A DNA stretch of 64,000 bases. Origin: Macrostomum lignano. Taxonomy: Eukaryota. Under the pieces are notes generated by a model. That model had not been told where the DNA came from. It worked only from the letters and a program-made list of their open reading frames with translations, and made no database searches. Positions 22,891 through 33,433 of the stretch are shown piece after piece; position 1 is the stretch's first letter; each line of letters begins with the position of its first letter. The DNA lies in assembly GCA_002269645.1 (NCBI GenBank), contig NIVC01000452.1, forward strand, positions 363,522 through 427,521, read 5' to 3'. Both the position numbers and the translations under genes were made by a program.

Positions 22891-23402
22891 GTAAGTTTGT
22901 GTCTTATTTATTAATTACCATAGATCTTTTTAACTGTTTGCTTTGTATTTGTACTATGACAGTATGAGTGATAGGTATACATATAGGCCTAGTAGATATA
23001 CTTTGATTGAAAAAATATTGTATTTAATATAAAAAATATTTTAAAAAGCACATATGTTGTACCTGTTACCATTTCTGCTCCTCTCTAATATAATGTTTTT
23101 TACATAGTAGTGACAGTGTTCCACTGTAAGGAGGGTCTATATACTGTAGCCGTAGCCTGTAGCTGTAAGCAAAACTACAGCTTATTCCAATTCTCCATAT
23201 TACATAGCCATAGGGTTTCCGGCCGAAGTCGTCATATTCGAGATCGTCATCTGCGGCTTACGAGAAAAACAACTAAATTACCTAAATCTTCATCATCTTA
23301 GTATTGGACAATGCTGCATTCACTAAATCGTCATATTGTGTTGCATTGGCTGCGCAAGGATCTTAGCTCATGGCAGCAGCGTGTTCTTGTTTGCCAACAA
23401 AC

Positions 23403-23988
23403 CCTATTGGAATAAATGTTAAAAACCCGCGGACGCGCGCTTTAGAAAAGAGTCAAACTATTTTACCGCGCTTTAGGATTATTAAAGATGTTCCGAAAGA
23501 TCTGCAGTTTCGTCGAAATAAAAATTCGCTAACTTTCCAAAATCAAAATTGAAATTTCCCGAAATCATAATTCAGAAAAACAAAGTTTAGTATGATCAAC
23601 ACTCACTTTTTTACTTTCAATTTACTGCTTAAGTAAAAAGTAATACATGTATATTTAGTAGAAAGTAGTTTATTTTTAGCGACTTTTCAGACACTACCAA
23701 AATTTTCACTTCTAAATTTTTTTTCGAAATTGAAATTCGCTCTAAAAAATTTCAAATTTTGGAAATTGAATTTTTGGAACATCTCTAAGCTTAATAAATT
23801 ACAAGTATATAAGCCCCTTCAACAGAGGTATTATACCCATTTCCATGTATATGTATTTGCTAGAGCAGCAGCCAGTAAGAAAGGGCAGCGCGCGCGCAGG
23901 CGCTGCGCCTGTGCACGCGCTGCGCTTTAGAAAAATTTCAAAAGTGCGCCGGACACCGTCCGCGGTTTTACAACTTTTTCCTATAGGG
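23403..23988. mobile_element. MITE with imperfect ~33-bp TIRs and 9-bp TSD (MULE-like)
   Basis: CCCTATTGGAATAAATGTTAAAAACCCGCGGACG vs CGTCCGCGGTTTTACAACTTTTTCCTATAGGG; flanks CCAACAAAA / CCAACAAAT (8/9). Confidence 0.7.
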
Positions 23989-25600
23989 CCAACAAATTAA
24001 AACAATTTACAGTGTATTCTCAGTAGTCATGTGTGGCAGTCGGGTGCCACTTCATTGATATTTGAACGTACCATTCATTACTTTAATAACTCATTTAAAA
24101 GGAAAATTGCTATAAACATTTAATTTTTGTCCGCTCATTGTTCAATTTTTGTCACATTTCCATTGACTGGAGGTTCCAGAAATTGTTCTGTTCTTCTTTT
24201 GGTTAGAAAAGTAGTTTTCCCCCGCTGGAATCTTGGTCAAAACTTTTGTTTTAATTTTGTTGCTTGCATGTTTGTGAGCCGTTCCATCGGTAGTCTCCAC
24301 GCATAGGATTTTTGGTCCAGTAGTGTGTCCAGCAGCACCCCCACCCGTTGATTGTAACCTCCTTAATTTTTTTAATATTTATACTGCCTTGATGTGCCGC
24401 CTAATTTTCAACCCCCTTTTCCTTTTTCTTTTTCTTGTCTTTTTCCTTTTGCGTTCAAATAGTTCAAATTTATTTATTAGTTTTGCGCACTTTAGACTTA
24501 GTTTTATTTTATAGTTTTATTAGATTTATTAGACTTGAGAACCCGGCTGTTGGAGCAAGCAGGAGAAAGAAAATTTCGTTGTGATTCGTCTGCGCGATTT
24601 CTCCAGATTAATTCGCGCAAACGCAACGCCGACCCTGATTGCTGATGCAGCAATCAGGGGTGAATCAGCATTAATTGACACAGTTAATATAAAAATTACG
24701 GGTGCATATACAAGGGATTTTTGCCCGAAGGTAGGAAAATCCTAAATTAATACACCCTTGCCTTTGGTCAAAGTCGTCATATTTAAATGTTTAAGTCTTT
24801 GAGATTTGTTCAAGTCGTCATCATCATATGACAATTTTGAATATGATGATTTCGGCTGCACCCGCCATAGGGACCCCAATATTACCATATTCCCGTAGTT
24901 CCCATAGCTGTAGCCATAGTTTTAACAAAAAGTCAAAAACAAAATATTTTGAATCAAGAAGATAACCTAGTGCTTAAACAACTGCAAATTAAATTAGAAA
25001 ATAAAGAAAACACTTAATTGTCTTTGTAAGATTATATTTCGTCTTTTTTTAGAGCTAACACTAAACTTTTTCACATTAATAAAAATTAGAGTTGCTAGTG
25101 TTTTATTGTATTTTTTAGGGTATATTTTATAAGTTTCTAGGTTGATAATATAGTTTACTAAAAGTATCTTTGTTTTACTCTACCTGTTTCTAATATTTTT
25201 TCAATTTTTAACATTATTAACTACGGCTACAGAAATTTACGGAATGTGACAGCAACTACCATATTTCCGTAGTTGTATCTGTAGCTGTTGTAGGCACCTA
25301 TTTTACCATATTTGCCATAGGATCCCATAAGCCGTAGCTATGGCTACAGTAGAACACTACATATAAGTATTCCAAAGCAATTTCTTAGGCCCTAATAATA
25401 GTTTATGGAATAAAAATATCTTTACATTTTTCTAGGCATTCTGATCATTACTGATGGATAGCAAGCCTACAATGGCCTGAAAAACCATACCATCATCAAT
25501 CAGATGATCCTTCAGTTTCCACTTTAAATTATTTAAACTCCTTTTTGAACTTTTTAGAGTCTAACAAGCTCATAGAGTTCTCACAAGAGTTCACAGAGTT

Positions 25601-25846
25601 CTACATAGGGTAGTAGTATGTTATCCAGTAGAGGATATTGCCAAAGTGCTGATGGGGGAAAGTTTAGCGCCACATGAACTCCTGCAGGTATGTTTCAAAC
25701 AAATTGTCACTGGTTCCATGCATAGCTTGAAACTTGGCTTTGCAGTTGCCCCATATTCCCTCTACAGTATTAGTGTAAGCCGCTGAGTTGTTGGGGACTT
25801 CAGCTGCAGGGACAATAAATTGTGGCACTGAAGGCTGGCTAGCCAT
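25601..25846 (-). pseudogene. Merlin (IS1595/ISXO2-like) DDE transposase C-terminal fossil
   Basis: AYTNTVEGIWGNCKAKFQAMHGTSDNLFETYLQEFMWR*TFPHQHFGNILYWITYYYPM* matches the NTxEGxW..YLxEFxWR motif; one premature stop. Confidence 0.85.
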
Positions 25847-27928
25847 ACTGGCAGTAGCTGAAAAGTTAAAAAAATGGGTTTAAAAAATTAGAATGGGAAA
25901 CTGAAGGATAATGGTGCCAAAATCTATACCAAAACCATTTATAGAATATAAGGGTCTTGGGCCAAGTCAAGGCCAAATTCAAGGCTATGCCAAGTGCTAC
26001 TTTCCAGGGAAAGACTAAGGAGGTCTGCAACTTTCTATATTGGCTGCAAAATTACTACTGAATACTGACTATAAAAATAACTTATCTAACACTTACCAAC
26101 CTTTTCAGGCCTAGGCCTATATTTGAAAAGTTTAATAAAAATATAAAAATAATTTAATGCCACAAAGTAGGAGATGGTTATCATGTCTAATTGTCTATGT
26201 TAAGACAAACTTAAGTATGTTTACCATTTCATGCTTTAAGGCTAATGCTAGAGAAAAAGTTATAATTTTCAATCATTTGTATCAGATTTATACTAGGTTT
26301 ATACTATATACCTGGCATAATAAATAGGGAGAGATGGTAGTCATCTATGAATATAGCATAAAAACTTAGCAATGATCATGTAAATTTAGATGTAGAAGTT
26401 ATTTATTAAAAAAATTAAAGGCTTTTATTTCTATATGAAGTTAAAATGAATAAATATAAAATAAAGAATATAAAAATTTAGAAGTTGTTGGATTGTGGCA
26501 AAATTTCTAGAATATATATTTTGTTTTACTTTTTAACATGATATCTATATTATTTACATTTTGCTTTCAAATGAAACTTGGTTATTCCAAAAATCATTTA
26601 TAATTGTTTATTGTGCCAATTTATTTTAGTTCTTATACCAGGCATTTTTGACAAATTTTGCCTGGTTGTAACAGTGTAGTGTTAAGCAGACACCTTGGCA
26701 GATAGCAATTAAATTAAGCAATTGAAACTTTGTCAGATCAAATCAATATATAATGGATTAGCTAGTCAGTTAATCACTTATATCAATTAGATTTTTACAG
26801 TTAAATTAGGCTTTATTTACTTGATTGACTAGATCATGCTCAAGGGTGCTAGCAAAATAAAGCTGAGAACAGGGGCATGCTACTGGCAATGGCATACAAT
26901 GGGAGGAGGATTGCACTAGATAGACAAAATGGCAATCCTTTGGTTTACAATCACCATCTATTTTGCCAGTTTCAGTTTACAATCACCTTATATTTTGCTT
27001 ACTGTAGTGCAAAAATGGCATGTTAAAAACTAAGACATAAAAACTGACAGTAGTTTCAAATGAAAAGAAAGCAAAAGTTGGCTGATCAACTGACATTGTT
27101 TATTTGAAATTGAAAAGATTTGTATATTGGTTCACTAGTACTAGCTTATAGATATCATATTCAGTTTATAATCATTCAAAGCTGGCTGTAAGAAAGCATG
27201 TCAACCCTAGCTTAGTATAATTAATCTTCAGCACTGCACCCCCCTCACTTTCAGTTTATGATCACTTCTACATATGCACTCCATTGAAATGATTGTGAAC
27301 CAAAGCTGGCTGTAGGAAAGCATGTTTTTTTTTAGTACATTTTCTTATGGCTAGCTTTGGTTCATGATCATTTTAATGGGCAACATATGTTTGGGTGATC
27401 GTAAACTGAAGGTGAAATATATAGGCTACTGTAGCTCAAACTTGCGACTTGGTCTTGACAGTTGAAATTAGTTTGACAGGTTTTCCTACTTCTAGCTTTG
27501 GTTTGTGATCATTTTAATGGGCAACATAAGTTTGGGTGATCATAAACTGAAGGTGAAATATATGGTGCTACGACAATCTTACCATCTTTTGAAATAAACA
27601 AAGTCAGTTCACCAACATTTGATTTTGTTTCATTGGAAACTATGGATTTTATGTCTTATAACTGTTTTTTGTGGTGATTGTCATTGTTTAAGGTGTTCAT
27701 CACTGTTTGGGGTGATCGTAAACTGAAGGAATGCCGACAAAACATGCATAAAGGGCGAGGATAAGGAAAGACAAGCATGTGAGCTACAGTTTTAAAACCT
27801 TGCCAGGGAATCTACTTTTGGATAATAAAGTTTCACAATTGTTGTTACATTGATAACAATTATTTCAATTCTGGAAAGGAAATAATATCTTATCTTAAAG
27901 AAAAATCTGTTTCTTTTTTCTTTTTTAG

Positions 27929-30435
27929 TGTTATCACGGCCAGTTCCAAGTCATGATAGTTTTGAAAGGACATCAGAAACGATGAAGACAAGTGGTGCTT
28001 TGCAAAGGACACTTGATGACTCAGCTATTAATTTTGATGCACAGAAAAAGCTCAGTCCAATCAAAAAAGGCAAACTTTCAAAGGTTGATGGAACAGAGTC
28101 TAATAAGAAGGTTGAAAATATTGGAATGTATGTGCATGATGGAACAGAATCTGGCAGGAAGGCTGCCAACTCTGATGGAATAGACACTAGCAAGAAGACT
28201 ATAGACACTGGAAAGTTTAATGGAGTGGAGACTGGCACAAAGTCTATGCACTCATCAAAGTCTGATAGAACAAAATCTAGCAGGAAGGCGACTGACACTG
28301 GAAAATCTGATGAAACAGAATCTGGCAAGAAGACGGCTGAGACAGGAAAGTCTGATGGAACAGAGCCTGGCAAAAAGACAACAGACACTGAAAGTAGAAA
28401 ATCTGATGGGACAGAATCTGGCAGGAAGGCTCCCAAGTCTGATGAAACGCAGCCTGGCAAGAAGGCTTCGGACACATTAAAGACTGATAGAACAGAGCTT
28501 GAAAAGATGACTGACACTGGAAAGTCTGATGGAACAGAGTCTGGCAAGAAGATGGCTGACACTGGAAAGTCTGATGGAACAGAGTCTGGCAAGAAGATGG
28601 CTGACACTGGAAAGTCTGATGGAACAGAGTCTGGCAAGAAGATGGCTGACACTGGAAAGTCTGATGGAACAGAGTCTGACAAGAAGACGGTTTACACTGG
28701 GAAATCTGATGGAACAGAGTCTGTCAAGAAGATGGCTGACACTCGAAAATCTGATGGAACAGAGTCTGGTAAGAAGACGGCTGACACCGGGAAATCTGAT
28801 GGAACAGAGTCTGGCAGGAAGTCGGCTGACACCGGGAAATCTGATGGAACAGAGTCTGGCAAGAAGATGGCTGACACTGGAAAGTCTGATGGAACAGAGG
28901 CTGTCAAGAAGACGGCTGACACTCGAAAATCTGATGGAACAGAGTCTGGCAAGAAGATGGCTGACACTGGAAAGTCTGATGGAACAGAGTCTGGCAAGAA
29001 GATGGCTGACACTGGAAAGTCTGATGGAACAGAGTCTGGCAAGAAGATGGCTGACACTGGAAAGTCTGATGGAACAGAGTCTGACAAGAAGACGGTTTAC
29101 ACTGGGAAATCTGATGGAACAGAGTCTGTCAAGAAGATGGCTGACACTCGAAAATCTGATGGAACAGAGTCTGGTAAGAAGACGGCTGACACCGGGAAAT
29201 CTGATGGAACAGAGTCTGGCAGGAAGTCGGCTGACACCGGGAAATCTGATGGAACAGAGTCTGGCAAGAAGATGGCTGACACTGGAAAGTCTGATGGAAC
29301 AGAGTCTGTCAAGAAGACGGCTGACACTCGAAAATCTGATGGAACAGAGTCTGACAAGAAGACGGCTGACACTGGGAAATCTGATGGAACAGAGTCTGGC
29401 AAGAAGACGGCTGACACCGGGAAATCTGATGGAACAGAGTCTGGCAGGAAGTCGGCTGACACCGGGAAATCTGATGGAACAGAGTCTGGCAAGAAGATGG
29501 CTGACACTGGAAAGTCTGATGGAACAGAGTCTGTCAAGAAGACGGCTGACACTCGAAAATCTGATGGAACAGAGTCTGACAAGAAGACGGCTGACACTGG
29601 GAAATCTGATGGAACAGAGTCTGGCAAGAAGACGGCTGACACTCGAAAATCTGATGGAACAGAGTCTGACAAGAAGACGGCTGACACTGGAATGTCTGAT
29701 GGAACAGAGTCTGGCAAGAAGTCGGCTGACACCGGGAAATCTGATGGAACAGAGTCTGGCAGGAAGTCGGCTGACACCGGGAAATCTGATGGAACAGAGT
29801 CTGGCAAGAAGATGGCTGACACTGGAAAGTCTGATGGAACAGAGTCTGTCAAGAAGACGGCTGATACTCGAAAATCTGATGGAACAGAGTCTGACAAGAA
29901 GACGGCTGACACTGGGAAATCTGATGGAACAGAGTCTGGCAAGAAGACGGCTGACACTCGAAAATCTGATGGAACAGAGTCTGTCAAGAAGATGGCTGAA
30001 ACTGGAAAGTCTGATGGAACAGAGTCTGGCAAGAAGACGGCCTACACTGGAAAGTCTGATGGAACAGAGTCTGGCAAGAAGACGGCTGACACTCGAAAAT
30101 CTGATGGAACAGAGTCTGGCAAGAAGACGGCTTACACTGGGAAATCTGATGGAACAGAACTTGCCAACAAGGCGACTGGCACTGGAACTAAAAAGTCTGA
30201 TGGAACAAAATCTGGCAAGAAGGCTTTTGACACTGTAGTATCTGATAACGCCAAATATGGTAGTTATGATTTTCATCAAAGTGTTGGGCCCATTCCTGAT
30301 TCGCGTAAGATAGGCAAATCCTACAAAGGTGACAAGCCCACAGATGCTGCTGGATCAAATAAAATAATCTTTATCTTCATTGTTACTGTTTTTGTTTTTG
30401 GCGGATTATATGTTATCTACCACAAAAAGCAGAAG
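27929..30435 (+). CDS. TGOLN2: exon 2 of TGN38/TGN46-like protein: lumenal 15-aa repeat domain plus TM helix
   Basis: acceptor TTTTTTAG|TG; ~38 copies of TGKSDGTESGKKMAD (45 bp); TM IIFIFIVTVFVFGGLYVIY then HKKQK|GTAATT. Confidence 0.85.
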
Positions 30436-30566
30436 GTAATTCACATCTTTATAATAATCTGCAATTTTAGTATATTTGGATTATACAATGCTACTGTTAG
30501 TAGAGTAGCCTGACAGTTTGAGTATTTGCAGTCAAAACTTAAATTTTAAAACCAAACCGCCCTTAG

Positions 30567-30740
30567 ATCATTGCCTACATCGTTGAGGGTCGTCGGGTCG
30601 GCGGCCCTCGCAGTCGCTCGGGCAGTCGTCGTACATCCGCCAGCAGCACAGGGAGCGGTTACAAGCAGGTGCCAACTGACGAGCAAGTTCTGCTACCAGA
30701 TACTAAGAAACCGGAATCTGTGCAGAATTTTATCTACTGA
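30567..30740 (+). CDS. TGOLN2: exon 3 of TGN38/TGN46-like protein: cytoplasmic tail
   Basis: CCCTTAG|IIAYIVEGRR..SGYKQVPTDEQVLLPDTKKPESVQNFIY*; the spliced YVIYHKKQKIIAYIVEGRR parallels TGN46 YIAHHNKRKIIAFVLEGKR; YxxPhi motif YKQV; AATAAA directly after the stop. Confidence 0.85.
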   Translation: MIAYIVEGRRVGGPRSRSGSRRTSASSTGSGYKQVPTDEQVLLPDTKKPESVQNFIY

Positions 30741-32224
30741 ATAAAGACTAACGTGACGTTGAATAAGAAACTAATAAATAATAGCTAGAAAGTGGGGTAA
30801 CGATATGGCTATTGTGCTGTGTTGCGACATCAGCTTTAAACATTAAGTCAAACTGATTTGTTCAATACAAAAATCCTCTGTGTTGCCAATTCGATTTGCA
30901 TGGTATGCTTCTCTCTGCTGAGCTCGTGTCCGTATCTTGCACTGTTTGTATTTATTTTTCTATACAGAAAGCTTCATAAGCAGTTTTTTTATTCTCTGGA
31001 GTAACTTCGCTCAAAATTATTCAGTTTATGTTGCAAACGGAAATTTTTACTTTGCCTTCTTATCACATCTCAATAGCTAGCTTAAGGGCACTGTGCACGA
31101 ACTTCTGAGTACTCCTGTTCGCTCTGGGTTAGTACACAAGGCTTTTATCTATCTATTAAAAAAATTGGTTTCATTCAATATTGCGAAAAAAAAACAAGTT
31201 TTCATTCGATTCTGATTTTTCGTTCGATACTCTGCCTTTTGTTTAACAATTTGCATGCCGACTGCAGCTGTGAGTTTTATTTTTCAGACATTCATTCTGC
31301 ACTATTTTTGTTGCTGTTCCTTGCTATTTTATGTAGACCTGCTGATTTATCGACTAGCTTGTTATGATAATAAAAACCATCTTTATGTACTTTTTCTACT
31401 TTCGAAAAATATGATTTGAACATGTAACATGTTGTTAAGGAGTCAAGGACGCAAAAATCGTATATATATATTCCTAATCCTAATGATTGCTCTTATTCGA
31501 GTTATATGTGCTAAATTTTTGCAGAGAGGCTTGTGCGTGCTTCTGTACGTATGGCAGCGTTCTACCTATGGATTTGAACAATTATAACGCATCCTTGAGC
31601 AGCCCGCTGGTCAGTACATTAAATAAGTAAACAATACTTATCTTTCTCTTTATTTTTCTTGCCCTACGGTCAACGGGTCCTTTTTGTCGATTTAAAACCA
31701 ACGGGTTTTGGGTGCAGTACCAAAATGTCCTTTTTATACTGCCATAAAATGAGTGCGTTCTTATGTACACTAGCTTAATTTATTGAACAAATGAATGGTC
31801 AAAAAACTTTTTGCTGTTGTCGATTTTGAAGCAGCGTTAATCGACCTCAAGTTTCTCTGTAACTCTCACTAGTAGCTGGCTAAATTATATATATATATAT
31901 AGGGTGTGGGGAGTGTGTCGCGCGTGAGAATCTCTTCCCTATTCATTGCCGTGGATTCGCAGAATGATTTTGGTGAACGCATAGGACGGTTCTACCTGCT
32001 GTAATTGTACGCATTCATGCATTAAGCCAAGTGCGGTGATGATGGGGAAGGATGGGGTTGAGAGTAAAGATGGAAATCCTGACGAATAAATACTAGAGGT
32101 GATGCGATTTGGAATTCAGTAACCGTAGAAGCAATAGCAATTTTTCTGCCCAGAGACTCATAGTTTTTCTTATTTGCTTGATTTCATCAATACACCCCAA
32201 TTTCGCCAATATAATTGGCTAAAA

Positions 32225-33433
32225 ATGCTCCGAGTTCACCCGCTCCGTGTGTACGCACACTGTCGTCGACTATGGTGGCACAGGCTAGCTGCTCGGCAGC
32301 TTCTGGCGTCCTTTACAGTCAGCTGCTTGCTCACCCTGATGATGCTCCGGCAAGCGCAGACCTGGCTGCAAATTGGCTCTGGCGACAGCTCATTAAAGAT
32401 AAAAGCATCGCAGGTGTCGAATTCTTTATCCAGCGCTGCGCTGTCAGAGCCAACCTTCTCAGATATGCTGGCTGAGGTCAAGCTGTCTGTAGAACAATCG
32501 CTGTACAAATTTGACAGACCTGGTCAGCTGCTACCGCTGATGAAGCTTAAAACTGAGTCTGAGAGGCAGCCCAAATGGCGCTCGCGTATCGCTCGTGATT
32601 GGCTAGCCAGCCAACGTCTGCTGGTGGCAGCCACTATTCGAGACGGCGTTCAAGGCCTACCGTCAAGTCTGGGCAATCTGCGCCGTCTTCGACGACTATT
32701 CAACGACTCTAGGCTTTTGGTTGTCGAGAATGACTCGGTCGACGGAACCCGCGCCTTTCTTGTCGGAGAGGCGCAGCGCGACCTTGGCCTTCGGCTTCTG
32801 GGCTGCTCTAGCGAGGCCAGTCAGCCCTGCCGGCTCGATATTCGCTACTCCAGCGGCCGGGCTCACCTGCCTGGTTCGGCCAGCATGAATCGAAGCGTAG
32901 CTGAGGAGATCGACCGCGGCCTGGTCATGTCCGCGCTCAGGAATATCTACCTGGAGTACGCGTACAGGCACTTTGCTGGCTGGGCTGACTTGCTGCTTGT
33001 GATTGACCCGGATGTCACCTGGACTCGCTGGAGTCTCGACCGGCTAGCCCAGGGTCTTTACTATTTCAAGACTCGGCCGCTGCTGCAACAGTTGTGCGCC
33101 AACACCATCGAAGTTCCCGAACATCGCCTATTCGACCCTTGCACTTTGACTTTCTTTCTCAACAAGCATTTCGGCGAGGATAGCCGCTATCCAGCTGTTG
33201 ACTATTACGCGTCGATAATGCGTGGACCGGCTGACCTGCCACCAGTGAAAGTTGACAGCTGCTTTCAGGCCTTTGCATTTTATCGTTTCCGCGACCTGGC
33301 CAACAATCGGCTTCTGTACAGGCGCAGCTCTGGCGAGTGGATGTGTGAGCACAACACACTGTCCAGGCAGTTGCGGGAAGTCTACTTGGACCCGCACATG
33401 CAGCTTGAAGTTTTATCTCACAGTATCAAATAG
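32225..33433 (+). CDS. type II membrane GT-A-fold glycosyltransferase (GT2/GT62/GT69-like), 402 aa, intronless CDS
   Basis: first ATG at 32225; N-terminal anchor LLASFTVSCLLTLMML; LVAATIRD..LLVVENDSVDGT; MSALRNIYLE; DxD motif VIDPDV; VKVDSCFQAFAFYR; CEHNTL. Confidence 0.85.
   Translation: MLRVHPLRVYAHCRRLWWHRLAARQLLASFTVSCLLTLMMLRQAQTWLQIGSGDSSLKIKASQVSNSLSSAALSEPTFSDMLAEVKLSVEQSLYKFDRPGQLLPLMKLKTESERQPKWRSRIARDWLASQRLLVAATIRDGVQGLPSSLGNLRRLRRLFNDSRLLVVENDSVDGTRAFLVGEAQRDLGLRLLGCSSEASQPCRLDIRYSSGRAHLPGSASMNRSVAEEIDRGLVMSALRNIYLEYAYRHFAGWADLLLVIDPDVTWTRWSLDRLAQGLYYFKTRPLLQQLCANTIEVPEHRLFDPCTLTFFLNKHFGEDSRYPAVDYYASIMRGPADLPPVKVDSCFQAFAFYRFRDLANNRLLYRRSSGEWMCEHNTLSRQLREVYLDPHMQLEVLSHSIK

Noticed and set aside
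27951-30279. antisense and alternate-frame repeat ORFs (600, 569 and 311 aa)
   Set aside because: By-products of the 45-bp coding repeat; only frame 27928+ joins a signal exon, TM helix and tail.
30436-30513. ORF extension VIHIFIIICNFSIFGLY as a second TM helix
   Set aside because: Intron read-through past the AAG|GTAATT donor.
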